Assembly: GCA_900234795.1 (NCBI GenBank)
Contig: LT962688.1
Location: 1,110,001 to 1,142,000 of the forward strand
Reading direction: 5' to 3'
Length of the DNA stretch: 32,000 bases
DNA from: Methylorubrum extorquens
Lineage (GTDB): Bacteria > Pseudomonadota > Alphaproteobacteria > Rhizobiales > Beijerinckiaceae
Position 1 is the first letter of the stretch; every line of letters starts with the position of its first letter. Shown here in pieces: positions 1 through 12,501 of this stretch. Below the pieces are notes generated by a model that saw only the letters and a program-made list of their open reading frames with translations, searched no databases and was not told the origin of the DNA. Made by a program: the position numbers and the translations under genes.

Positions 1-282
1 GGGGTCACGCGTGAGGACATCGTCTCGGGCCGGGGCGGGCCGGGCCTCGTGCGAACCTGCGCCGAATTGCGAGCGCTGGCACGGCGCCACCTCGCCGCCT
101 ACGAGGCGGCTCGCAGCACCATCGCTCCGGCGGCCCGTCCCGCCTTCCTGCCGACGGCGCTGGTCGAGCCCTATCTCGCGGCGATGGAGCGGGCCGGCTA
201 CGATCCGCTCAACAGCGTGATCGAGATCCCTCGCTGGCGCCGCCTGTGGCGGCTGTGGCGGGCGGCGCGCACCGGGCGATAG
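1..282 (+). CDS. phytoene/squalene synthase family protein, C-terminal fragment (5' end outside window)
   Basis: Frame 1 is open from base 1 to the TAG at 280-282. The tail GVTREDIVSGR...LRALARRHLAAYEAA...AFLPTALVEPYL...IPRWRRLWRLWRAA resembles the C-terminal helices of alphaproteobacterial phytoene/squalene-synthase-like proteins. This is recall-level similarity only. Confidence 0.45.
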   Translation, partial: GVTREDIVSGRGGPGLVRTCAELRALARRHLAAYEAARSTIAPAARPAFLPTALVEPYLAAMERAGYDPLNSVIEIPRWRRLWRLWRAARTGR

Positions 283-304
283 AGACGTTTCACACGCTTA
301 TAGA

Positions 305-331
305 AGCTCCTCCCCGCGAAGGGGAGGAGCT
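305..331. terminator. perfect 10-bp GC-rich hairpin between convergent genes (possible bidirectional terminator, no T-tract)
   Basis: gctcctcccc (306-315) / loop gcgaa / ggggaggagc (321-330) are exact reverse complements. The hairpin sits between the stop at 280-282 (+) and the stop at 347-349 (-). Confidence 0.45.
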
Positions 332-346
332 CGATGGAGCAGGGCG

Positions 347-1270
347 TCAGCGCGCCTTCTTCGTCAGCTTCTGGGCGATCTCGAACATCTCCTCCGGCGC
401 ATAATCGGGCGCGAAGGCCGAGGGAATGCCGGTGAGCTGGTGGATCTTGCCGCCGTCGGGCATGCCCTCCACGATCTCCAGCTCGCCCGGGGGATCGCCC
501 GGCAGGGCGTGCTCGCTGCTGTTCCAGATCCCGGCGATGTCGCGGTAATCGTTCGGGCTCCAGGTGTAGAGCCGGCGATGCGACCCCTCCTGCAGGTACT
601 TCTGGCACTCGGGGATCTTGTCGAGGTTGATGTTCGGGGTCGGCAGGAACTTGTCGAGGTCGACGCCGGTGATCTGCTTCAGCGCCAGGGCGTAGGCGTG
701 GGCGTGGACCGAGCCGCGCACCAGCAGGTAGCCGCAGACCTCACGACCGGTCGGGTCGGACAGGGTCTCGTAGACCCGCAGCTTGTGCAGCCGTGCGCCG
801 CATTCGAGGTGGAAGTTGTGCAGGAGATCGACGACGACATTGCCCGTCGAGGTGATGAAGTCGTTGTTCCACGAAGCGCCGTTGCTGTTGATCGGCGCCG
901 AGCCCCCCCCGTTCGACAGGAAGGCCGCGGCAAGCCGGATGTCCTTCATGTCCTCGAACGGCGCGCCCGAAATGTCGCCCCCGTCCGTCTCGTCGCCGTC
1001 GTTGTCGGGCCCGTTATTGAGCATGGCCACGCCGTTGCTCACGAGCTCGACGTGGCCGAGTTCCTCCGCCGTGATGCTGGAGACGAGGCTGTAGAACGGC
1101 TTGAGCTTGTCCTTGCTGCGGAAATTGAAGCTCTGGAACATATAGTTCCCGAGCGTGGACATCTCGCCGTATTTGCCGCCCAGCAACTCCTGCAGCGCGG
1201 CGGCCGCGTTGGGGTCCTTCCGTTTCGGTGCGGGAAGCTCGGCTTGTAGCTTGTCGACGCGCATGAACAT
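347..1270 (-). CDS. manganese catalase
   Basis: MFMRVDKLQAELPAPKRKDPNAAAALQELLGGKYGEMSTLGNYMFQSFNFR...ITAEELGHVELV is the hallmark N-terminus and di-Mn ligand region of Mn (pseudo)catalases. Start set at the ATG at 1270 (MFMRV) rather than the ORF-track start at 1303. Confidence 0.9.
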   Translation of the reverse strand: MFMRVDKLQAELPAPKRKDPNAAAALQELLGGKYGEMSTLGNYMFQSFNFRSKDKLKPFYSLVSSITAEELGHVELVSNGVAMLNNGPDNDGDETDGGDISGAPFEDMKDIRLAAAFLSNGGGSAPINSNGASWNNDFITSTGNVVVDLLHNFHLECGARLHKLRVYETLSDPTGREVCGYLLVRGSVHAHAYALALKQITGVDLDKFLPTPNINLDKIPECQKYLQEGSHRRLYTWSPNDYRDIAGIWNSSEHALPGDPPGELEIVEGMPDGGKIHQLTGIPSAFAPDYAPEEMFEIAQKLTKKAR

Positions 1271-1396
1271 GGGAGGAGGCCTCTCGCTGCTGCCGGTCAC
1301 CACCGGAACGTGCGCCGCAGAAAGCCCCGAGCATCGTCACAGCCAGGATCGGCCCGATGGTCGGAGGTTCGGTCGGGCACTGGGTGTGCGGTCGGA

Positions 1397-1422
1397 ACCG
1401 CGCGATGAAGGCGTCTGTTCCC
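1397..1422 (-). promoter_or_regulatory. candidate EcfG-type (general stress) promoter for the Mn catalase gene
   Basis: On the minus strand this reads GGAAC (1422-1418)-N17-GGTT (1400-1397), about 125 nt upstream of the catalase ATG. It is part of the palindrome GGAAC-N18-GTTCC (1395-1422). It matches the looser GGAAC-N16/17-(C/G)GTT consensus. Confidence 0.35.
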
Positions 1423-1641
1423 GGCCCCACGCTCCGGTTGCAGGTTTAACGCCGGGCCGCTCCGCCCCCAGACCTGCCATGCGCCGCGGCGTCGCGGTGC
1501 GCAAAAGCGTCACCAAGAAAACATCTGTCGATCGTGGGATTGAATACATGATGCCTTGCGTTGAGCGGGCCTAGCGGCTCTGCTAGCACCCTGTGCCAGA
1601 AGGTCCCGGCGGAAGATCGGGGCCTGGGAGGAGCAAGGCCC

Positions 1642-3381
<1,740 letters not shown>

Positions 3382-3408
3382 TTGGCCGGATCGACGGCAC
3401 ACAAACGA

Positions 3409-3441
3409 AGCCCGCCCCGAGCGATCGGGGCGGGCTTTTTC
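3409..3441. terminator. rho-independent terminator (bidirectional position)
   Basis: Perfect 12-bp stem agcccgccccga (3409-3420) / tcggggcgggct (3425-3436), loop gcga, followed by a T-run to 3440. Lies between the lctP stop (3381) and the convergent DUF983 stop (3453). Confidence 0.8.
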
Positions 3442-3452
3442 GTGGGTCTGAA

Positions 3453-3896
3453 CTAGCGTGGGCCGGGCGCGTCCGGCTTTGCAGCCTCGACCGGCAACGG
3501 CCGGGCGAGCCGACCTTCCTCGGCGCGGTGAACGTATTGGCTCGCCACCAGCCATCCCTTGAAGAAGCGCAAGGGGAGGGTGCAGGCGATCAGCACCACG
3601 GGCAGGGTCAGGGCGAAGTGGAGCCAGACCGGCGGGTCGTAGGTCAGCTCCAGCCACAGGCCGAAGGCGACCGCGGGGATCGCCGTGGTCATCATCACGA
3701 AGAAGGCGGGTCCGTCGGCGGGATCGGCGAAGGAGAAGTCGAGTCCGCAGGAATCACAGCGTGGGGCGATGCTCAGAAACCCCTTGAACAGGTGGCCCCG
3801 GCCGCAGCGCGGGCAGGCGCTGCGCGCCGCCACGGAGAGCGGCGCCTGGGGCTCGTACCGGGTCTCGGTCGGAATCGCGTCACGGGTGTCGGTCAT
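3453..3896 (-). CDS. DUF983 domain-containing membrane protein
   Basis: From the ATG at 3896: MTDTRD...CPRCGRGHLFKGFLSIAPRCDSCGLDFSFADPADGPAFFVMM, i.e. a zinc-ribbon CxxC...CxxC followed by two TM helices, the DUF983 pattern. The longer 301-aa ORF-track version has an Arg/Pro/Ser-rich non-protein-like N-terminus. Confidence 0.75.
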   Translation of the reverse strand: MTDTRDAIPTETRYEPQAPLSVAARSACPRCGRGHLFKGFLSIAPRCDSCGLDFSFADPADGPAFFVMMTTAIPAVAFGLWLELTYDPPVWLHFALTLPVVLIACTLPLRFFKGWLVASQYVHRAEEGRLARPLPVEAAKPDAPGPR

Positions 3897-4083
3897 CACG
3901 GTCTCCTGGCGAGGCAACCAAGGCCCGCTGCGATGGTTCGCCAGCGCCCCGCAGGCCACCCATGTAAGCCACCCATGCGGGACCGGATGGATTTTTTCGA
4001 GCCGAGATTTTTCCAACGACCCTGGATTAAATCGCGGCGACAGAGCGTTAATGGTCTCACGCGCGCCACAGCATGCCGCAAAC

Positions 4084-4614
4084 ATGTTCCTCCGCCGGAT
4101 CCGCCGCGACAGCCTGAGCGACCTGCCCGGTCTCGAGACCGGGCGGCTGACGATCGCGCCGCTCAGCGCCGGAGACGCGCGGGCCGTGCACGCGCTCACC
4201 GACGATCCGGCGATCACCGGCGCGGTCGATTTTCTCGCCACCCCCTTCACCCTGGCGGACGCCGAGGCGCTGATCGCCTCGGGCCGGCATGGGCGTGACC
4301 GCTTCCTCGGCGTCTGGAGCCGCGAGGCGGCCGCCCCGCTCGTCGGCGTCGTCGGCACCCATCTGCGAGGGGAGGGCGCGGTCGAGATCGGCTACTGGAT
4401 CGGCGGGGCCGCCCGTGGCCGCGGCTTCGGGACGGAGGCGGTCTCCGCCATCGTCGGCCTGCTGCGCCGCCGCTTTCCCCGCCGGGCGATCGTGGCCGAA
4501 TGCCGGCCCGGCAACGTCGCCTCCTGGGGCCTGCTGCACAAGATCGGCTTTCGCGAGACCGGCTCGGAGGGACACCGCCCCGGCCGCCGCCAGCTCGTCC
4601 TCGAAGGCGTCTGA
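4084..4614 (+). CDS. GNAT family N-acetyltransferase (RimJ/RimL-like)
   Basis: From the ATG at 4084: RLTIAPLSAGDARAVHAL...GYWIGGAARGRGFGTEAVSAIVGLL...N.AS.GLL.K.GF. The acetyl-CoA-binding R/Q-x-x-G-x-G/A motif is RGRGFG. Confidence 0.8.
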   Translation: MFLRRIRRDSLSDLPGLETGRLTIAPLSAGDARAVHALTDDPAITGAVDFLATPFTLADAEALIASGRHGRDRFLGVWSREAAAPLVGVVGTHLRGEGAVEIGYWIGGAARGRGFGTEAVSAIVGLLRRRFPRRAIVAECRPGNVASWGLLHKIGFRETGSEGHRPGRRQLVLEGV

Positions 4615-4739
4615 CGCCGCAGGCGGTGCCGACGGGCCGGTCGGGCGGGATGGACCAAAGACCGGGAAGCGGCGGATCTCGAATCGGCTTAAGATCGGCG
4701 AATGGGCCCTCGCCGGCCGGTGCCGGCGCGCCGGAAGAC

Positions 4740-5474
4740 ATGATCGCGATGACGGCCAGCGCACAATCGGATATCGGCGGCCACTCCGACGAGGCGGCTC
4801 CCCTAGCAGGCGGACAGGCCCTGCGCCTCCTGATCGTCGACGATCACCCCCTGTTCCGCGAGGCGCTGGCGAGCGCCATCGCGCTCGCCTTCCCCGAGGC
4901 CGTTTTGCACGAGGCGGACGGCATCGGCACGGCCTGCGAGATCCTGGGCCGGAACCCCGCCATCGACCTGACGCTGCTCGATCTCTCGATGCAGGGCGTG
5001 ACCGGGTTCGAGGGACTCACCGCGATCCGCACCCGCTTTCCCCGCGTGCCGATCCTGATCGTCTCCGGCGTCACCGATCCGCGCATCATGCACGAGGCCG
5101 TGCGGCACGGCGCGGCCGGCTTCGTGCCCAAGGCCGTCGACAAGGCGACCCTGACCCGGGCGATCTCCGAGGTCCTCGGCGGCGCCCTGTTCATGCCGCC
5201 CGATCTCGCCGCCGCGCCGGCCCCGGCGCGGGGCGGCGACAAGGCGCCGATCGCCGAGCGGGTCGCGCGCCTGACCCCGCAGCAGATGCGGGTGCTCGGC
5301 ATGATCCGCCAGGGCAAGCTCAACAAGCAGATCGCCTACGAGCTGCAGGTCGGCGACTCGACAGTGAAGGCCCACGTCTCCGAGATCCTGCGCAAGCTCG
5401 AAGTCATCAGCCGCACGCAGATCGTGATCGAGACGGCTTATGTCGATTTCGATCAGGCCGGCGGGGGGTTCTGA
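4740..5474 (+). CDS. NarL/FixJ (LuxR-type HTH) response regulator, no adjacent cognate kinase
   Basis: REC domain (LRLLIVDDHPLFREAL...DLTLLDLSMQGVTGFEGL...PKA) plus C-terminal LuxR HTH (LTPQQMRVLGMIRQGKLNKQIAYELQVGDSTVKAHVSEILRKL). ATG at 4740. Confidence 0.85.
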   Translation: MIAMTASAQSDIGGHSDEAAPLAGGQALRLLIVDDHPLFREALASAIALAFPEAVLHEADGIGTACEILGRNPAIDLTLLDLSMQGVTGFEGLTAIRTRFPRVPILIVSGVTDPRIMHEAVRHGAAGFVPKAVDKATLTRAISEVLGGALFMPPDLAAAPAPARGGDKAPIAERVARLTPQQMRVLGMIRQGKLNKQIAYELQVGDSTVKAHVSEILRKLEVISRTQIVIETAYVDFDQAGGGF

Positions 5475-5486
5475 GCGGGATCGCCT

Positions 5487-6374
5487 TCAGGCAAACCGTT
5501 TCGCCGCGACGACGCACAGCACCACCCCGGCGGCGACCGCGACCATCGCCCCCTCGACCGGCTCGCCGAGCAGAAGGCCGGCGAGCGCGAGGCCGAAGAA
5601 GGGCTGGAGCAGTTGCAGTTGCCCGACCCCGGCGATGCCGCCGAGCGCCAGCCCGCGATACCAGAACACGAAGCCGACCAGCATGCTGAAGACCGAGACG
5701 TAGCCGAGCCCGGCCCAGGCCGGCAGGCCGATCCCGGCCCAAGAATCCGGCAGGGTGGCGAGCGCCAGAACGGCCATGGCGGGCGCGGCCAGAACGAGCG
5801 CCCAGGAGATGACCTGCCAGCCGCCGAGCCGGCGCGATAGGCGCGCGCCCTCGGCGTAGCCGAGACCGCACAGCAGGATCGCCCCCAGCATCAGCCCGTC
5901 ACCCGTCAGGTCGGCGCCGTCGCTGCGCGCCAGGGCGAACCCCGCCACCAGCACGCTGCCCGCGCCCGAGAACAGCCAGAAGGCGGGCTTTGGCCTGTCA
6001 TCGGCCCCCAGCAAACCGAACAGGGCGGTGGCGAGCGGCAGCAGGCCGATGAAGACGATGGAGCGGGCCGAGGTAATGTGCCGGAGCGCCAGCGCCGTAA
6101 GCAGGGGAAAGCCGACCACCACGCCGAGAGCCACCACGGCGAGCGGCCCGAGATCGCCCCGCGCCGGCCGCTTCTGCCGCAGCAGAGCCAGGAGCGCGCC
6201 TCCGAGCCCGGCGGCGATCACCGCGCGCGAGGCGGTGAGGAAGAGCGGCGTGAAACCGCCGACCGCCACCCGCGTCGCCGGCAGCGAGCCGCTGAAGATC
6301 AGCACGCCGAGGAGGCCGTGGCCCCACCCGCGCCAGGTCTTTCCAACCGGATTGTTCGTGTGATGTTCGGGCAT
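5487..6374 (-). CDS. DMT superfamily (EamA-like) transporter
   Basis: About 10 TM segments, duplicated EamA-like halves, and an N-terminus GLLGVLIFSGSLPATRVAV typical of EamA/RhaT transporters. ATG at 6374. Confidence 0.8.
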   Translation of the reverse strand: MPEHHTNNPVGKTWRGWGHGLLGVLIFSGSLPATRVAVGGFTPLFLTASRAVIAAGLGGALLALLRQKRPARGDLGPLAVVALGVVVGFPLLTALALRHITSARSIVFIGLLPLATALFGLLGADDRPKPAFWLFSGAGSVLVAGFALARSDGADLTGDGLMLGAILLCGLGYAEGARLSRRLGGWQVISWALVLAAPAMAVLALATLPDSWAGIGLPAWAGLGYVSVFSMLVGFVFWYRGLALGGIAGVGQLQLLQPFFGLALAGLLLGEPVEGAMVAVAAGVVLCVVAAKRFA

Positions 6375-6429
6375 CGTTCGTCTCGAAGGGCGATGCGAGG
6401 TTAGAGCTTGAACCCTGGCGGCGACAGAA

Positions 6430-6459
6430 ACAGTACCTTACAGTTCAAACCGAACTGTA
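6430..6459. promoter_or_regulatory. candidate MocR/GntR operator in the divergent promoter region
   Basis: Perfect inverted repeat tacagttc (6439-6446)-N5-gaactgta (6452-6459), with an extra direct half-site acagta at 6430-6435. Located 37 nt upstream of the MocR ATG, between the divergent EamA and MocR genes. Confidence 0.4.
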
Positions 6460-6495
6460 TGCCCCCATACGCCCATATGATTGAGCGACCGCGAC

Positions 6496-7911
6496 ATGAC
6501 GGATGAAACCGTGGGCCGTACGGCGGCGGTGATGACGGCGATCCGCACCAAGCTCACCGCCCGGTCGCTGAGCCCGGGCGAGAAGCTGCCCTCGATCCGC
6601 CGCTTCGCCACGACCATGGGCGTCTCGCCCTCGACCGTGGTCGAGGCCTACGACCGGCTCGCGGCGGAGGGACTGATCCGGGCGCGACCGGGCTCCGGCT
6701 TCTTCGTCTCGGGGGCGGTCTCGCCGCTGGCGCTCACCGAGGCGGAGCCGCAGCGCGAGCGGGCAATCGATCCGCTCTGGGTCTCGCGCCAATCGCTCGA
6801 TGCCGGTCCGGAGATGCTCAAGCCGGGCTGCGGCTGGCTTCCGGCGGAGTGGATGCCGAACGCGGCCATTCGCCGGGCCGTGCGCAGCCTCGCGCAGGCC
6901 GGAAACGCGGTGCTGACCGATTACGGCGTCACCCGCGGCGCGCTGTCCCTGCGGCGTCACCTCGTGCGCCGGATGGCGGGGGAAGGGATCGAACTCGGCG
7001 CGGATCAGCTGCTGCTCACTGCCTCGGGGACGCAGGCCATCGACCTGATCGGCCGCTTCCTCCTGCGGCCCGGCGACACGGTGATCGTGGACGATCCCTG
7101 CTACTTCAACTTCCAGGCCCTGCTGCGCGTCCACGCGGTCCGGATCATCGGGGTGCCCTACACGCCGACGGGGCCCGACCTCGCGGCCTTCGCCGCGGCG
7201 CTCGCCGAGCATCGCCCGCGCCTCTACGTCACCAATTCGGCGCTCCACAATCCGACCGGCGCGACGCTCTCGCCGCAGAATGCCCACCGGCTCCTGACGC
7301 TCGCGGCAGCGCATGACCTCACCATCGTCGAGGACGACATCTTCGCCGACCTGGAGCCCGAGCCCTCACCCCGGCTCGCCGCCCTCGACGGCCTGAACCG
7401 CGTCATCCGTATCGGCAGCTTCTCGAAGACGCTCTCGGCCTCGATCCGCTGCGGCTTCATCGCCGCGCGCCCCGACTGGATCGAGGCCCTGGTCGATCTC
7501 CAGGTGGCGACGAGCTTCGGCGGCCCGAGCCCGGTCGCCGCCGAGCTGATCGCCGGCACGCTCGCCGATGGCAGCTACCGCAAGCATCTGGAAGCCTTGC
7601 GCCGCCGCCTGTCGCGGGCGCGCCGGGAGGCCACCGCCCGGCTCGGTTCGCTCGGCATCACGCCCTGGATCGTGCCGCGCGGCGGCTTCACCCTGTGGTG
7701 CCGCCTGCCCGACGGGCAGGACGCGGCGGCCTTGGCCCGCGCCGGCTTGACGGAGGGTCTGGTGCTGGCCCCCGGCAACGTCTTCAGCGTCTCGCAGACG
7801 GCCGGCAGCTTCATGCGCTTCAACGTGGCGCAGATGACCGATCCGCGGGTCTACGAGGGGCTGGCGCGGGCGATGGAGGGAGCGAAGATCCCACCCGCAT
7901 CCTCACCCTGA
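6496..7911 (+). CDS. MocR/PdxR-type GntR-family regulator fused to a PLP aminotransferase-like domain
   Basis: N-terminal winged HTH (LPSIRRFATTMGVSPSTVVEAYDRLAAEGLIRARPGSGFFV), followed by a fold-type-I aminotransferase-like domain with the SFSKTL lysine motif. An alternative TTG start at 6481 is possible. Confidence 0.85.
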   Translation: MTDETVGRTAAVMTAIRTKLTARSLSPGEKLPSIRRFATTMGVSPSTVVEAYDRLAAEGLIRARPGSGFFVSGAVSPLALTEAEPQRERAIDPLWVSRQSLDAGPEMLKPGCGWLPAEWMPNAAIRRAVRSLAQAGNAVLTDYGVTRGALSLRRHLVRRMAGEGIELGADQLLLTASGTQAIDLIGRFLLRPGDTVIVDDPCYFNFQALLRVHAVRIIGVPYTPTGPDLAAFAAALAEHRPRLYVTNSALHNPTGATLSPQNAHRLLTLAAAHDLTIVEDDIFADLEPEPSPRLAALDGLNRVIRIGSFSKTLSASIRCGFIAARPDWIEALVDLQVATSFGGPSPVAAELIAGTLADGSYRKHLEALRRRLSRARREATARLGSLGITPWIVPRGGFTLWCRLPDGQDAAALARAGLTEGLVLAPGNVFSVSQTAGSFMRFNVAQMTDPRVYEGLARAMEGAKIPPASSP

Positions 7912-7922
7912 GCTGCCGCAAA

Positions 7923-7982
7923 GCAGCCTCGAAGCGTCTTCCAGTACCCCGCGCGATCCCTGGAAGCCCCTTCGAGGCCTGC
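7923..7982. repeat. REP-like imperfect palindrome (repeat family 2) between convergent genes
   Basis: gcagcctcgaag..cttccag (7923-7944) pairs with ctggaag..cttcgaggcctgc (7960-7982). The 17-nt core cccgcgcgatccctgga (7948-7964) recurs exactly at 14971-14987. Confidence 0.55.
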
Positions 7983-8026
7983 GCTTGGCTCCGACACCTC
8001 AGGGTGAGGGCGCTGGCTGGGATGAC

Positions 8027-10438
<2,412 letters not shown>

Positions 10439-10521
10439 GGCTTCGTCGGCGTCGCAGCCGCGTCGTCACGGTTTGCGTCCGCCCGGTGTGGCCGGCTTTC
10501 GCGCGGATACGAAATCAAAAG

Positions 10522-11979
10522 TCAGCGGCGCAGGCGGTTGCCGAGGACGAAGCCGAACAACCCCATCAGCACGATCCCCGCCGCCCCCTGCAACCCGACC
10601 AGCAGGTTGGTGACGCGGCCCAGCGGCTTCACCCCGATCTCGGGTGGGTTGGCGGTCATCATGTTGAGCGCGCTGTAGCTGACGAGATCGAGCGGGTTGT
10701 AGGTCGGCGCGTTCTCGCCCTCATGAAAAAGCCCGCCCGTCGCCCCATAGGCCCCGGCGAACAGGAAGATCCCGACGAGGAAGGCACGGGCGATCCGCGA
10801 CAGGCTCTCGCCGTAGTCGCACAGCCACTCGACGAAGCGGTCGGCGATCCAGCGGTATCCGGAGCTCAGCGTTCCCCGCACATCGCGGGCGAAAAAGGCC
10901 TCGCGGGCCCGCACGCCGGCATGGCGGCGGCCCATGCGGCGCCCGCGCTTGTAGGCCCAGCTCGCGCCCTCGGGGCTGCCGATGCTCTGAAGGTTGCGCT
11001 CGAGCGCGAGATAGCTCGCCTGGGCCGCCTCGTACTCGCCCGCCGCCTCCTCGCCGACCATCCCGCCGATCTGCTCGACGGAGAGCCGCACGCCTTCCAG
11101 CCATGCGCCGGCAAAGCGCGCGCGGTGCAGCTTGCACGTCGTGAGGTCGAGCCGCACGAGGCTGGTGCGGGAGAAGTCGGCCCCCGACAGGTCCGCCCCG
11201 TCGAGGTGGGCCCCGGAGAAGTTGGCGCCGCGCAGCCGCGAGCCGACGAGCCGCGCCTTCTTCAGGCTCGCCCCCTCGAAATCCGCGCCGGTCAGGTTGC
11301 AGTCGGAGAGGTTGGCCTCGTCGAGCCGGGCCTTTCGGAACACGGAATCGTCGGCATCCGCCCCGGTGAAGTCGGTGCCCCACAGGTCGGCTCCCTCGAA
11401 GCGGGCGCCATCGAGCAAAGCCTTGTCGAGCCGGGCAAAGCGCATGGTGGCGCCGGAGAAGTCGGCATCCTCCAGCATCGCCTCGCGGAAGGAGGCTTGC
11501 CCGCCGGCAATCCCGGTAAAGCGCGCGCCGCTGAGGTCGGCGCCGGCAAAGTCCGCTTCCTCCAGGCAGGCATTCGCGAAGCCGGCCGAGCGCGCGAGGG
11601 CTCCGGCGAGCGAGGCGCGACGCAGGTTGGCGTCGGAAAAGTCGGTCATCTCCAGCCGGGCGTCGGCGAGGTCGGCGCCGGCGAGGTCGAGCCCGCCCAC
11701 GCCCTCCATCCACCAGCGCGGCGGCGCCGTCGGATCGATGTGACCGTTCAGCGCGGCGCGCGACAGGGTGAGCCCGGCCAAGTCGTCGCGCCCGGCGATC
11801 GAGAACGGCACCTCGTCGTCCGAGAGACGCGCGAGCAGCGCTGCGACGCGCGGATCATCGCCCTCCGCATCGCCCTGTCGCACCGCAAACGCCTCGCATG
11901 ATCCCGCCGCCAAGCCCCATAGCCGGCCCGGCCCGAGCGACACAAGGCGAGGGGCCGTGGGAGGGACGCGGTTTTGCAA
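10522..11979 (-). CDS. pentapeptide-repeat protein with C-terminal two-TM channel-like (Ion_trans_2-like) tail
   Basis: About 45 consecutive A(D/N)LxG/F-type pentapeptides (ADLADARLEMTDFSDANLRRASLAGA...ADFSGATMRFARLDKALLDGARFEGADLWGTDFTGADA...). These are followed by a helical linker and WLCDYGESLSRIARAFLVGIFLFAGAYG...SYSALNMMT...LLVGLQGAAGIVLMGLFGFVLG. The start is uncertain: the ORF-track start is a TTG at 11979. Confidence 0.75.
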   Translation of the reverse strand: MQNRVPPTAPRLVSLGPGRLWGLAAGSCEAFAVRQGDAEGDDPRVAALLARLSDDEVPFSIAGRDDLAGLTLSRAALNGHIDPTAPPRWWMEGVGGLDLAGADLADARLEMTDFSDANLRRASLAGALARSAGFANACLEEADFAGADLSGARFTGIAGGQASFREAMLEDADFSGATMRFARLDKALLDGARFEGADLWGTDFTGADADDSVFRKARLDEANLSDCNLTGADFEGASLKKARLVGSRLRGANFSGAHLDGADLSGADFSRTSLVRLDLTTCKLHRARFAGAWLEGVRLSVEQIGGMVGEEAAGEYEAAQASYLALERNLQSIGSPEGASWAYKRGRRMGRRHAGVRAREAFFARDVRGTLSSGYRWIADRFVEWLCDYGESLSRIARAFLVGIFLFAGAYGATGGLFHEGENAPTYNPLDLVSYSALNMMTANPPEIGVKPLGRVTNLLVGLQGAAGIVLMGLFGFVLGNRLRR

Positions 11980-12055
11980 ATGATCCTATGCTACCGCAAC
12001 GGCTTTCCGTGCGTTGTGTGGCCACAGCGCGTGCGGCGCGAGAAGGGGTTCAGGC

Positions 12056-12430
12056 GTGTCGGGCAAAATCCTGCTGGTGGAAGACCACGAGGAGATCTGG
12101 GATTTCCTGTCCCGCCGGCTCAAGCGCCGCGGCTACGAGGTCGTGCTCGCCCATGACGGCGAGGCGGGCGTGCAGCAGGCCCGCGCCGCCCAGCCCAACG
12201 TGATCCTGCTGGACATGAACCTGCCGATCCTCGACGGGTGGTCGACCGCCCGCGCCCTGAAGGCCGCGACCGATACCCGCGCCATCCCGATCATCGCGCT
12301 GACCGCCCACGCCATGTCGGGCGACCGCGACAAGGCGATCCAGGCCGGCTGCGACGACTATCACCCCAAACCGATCGATTTCCCCAAACTGCTCACCCAG
12401 ATCGGCACGGCGATCGGGGCGGGGGATTGA
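12056..12430 (+). CDS. single-domain (CheY/DivK-like) response regulator
   Basis: KILLVEDHEEIWDFLSRRL...VILLDMNLPILDGWS...IIALTAHAM..D..KA...GCDDYHPKPIDF is a complete REC domain with no output domain. GTG at 12056 is preceded by aagggg (12043-12048). Confidence 0.85.
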   Translation: MSGKILLVEDHEEIWDFLSRRLKRRGYEVVLAHDGEAGVQQARAAQPNVILLDMNLPILDGWSTARALKAATDTRAIPIIALTAHAMSGDRDKAIQAGCDDYHPKPIDFPKLLTQIGTAIGAGD

Positions 12431-12501
12431 GGCGCCTGGCCCGCCCCCACCGCTCCTGACATTCCCTCACCCGAACGGGCCCCGTTGCCCATGAGGACGC
12501 C

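Noticed and set aside
10720-11720. Strong short-period DNA repetitiveness that could be mistaken for a tandem repeat array or a CRISPR-like locus.
   Set aside because: The 15-nt periodicity is the coding signature of pentapeptide repeats. There are no constant repeats separated by unique spacers, and the frame is continuous.
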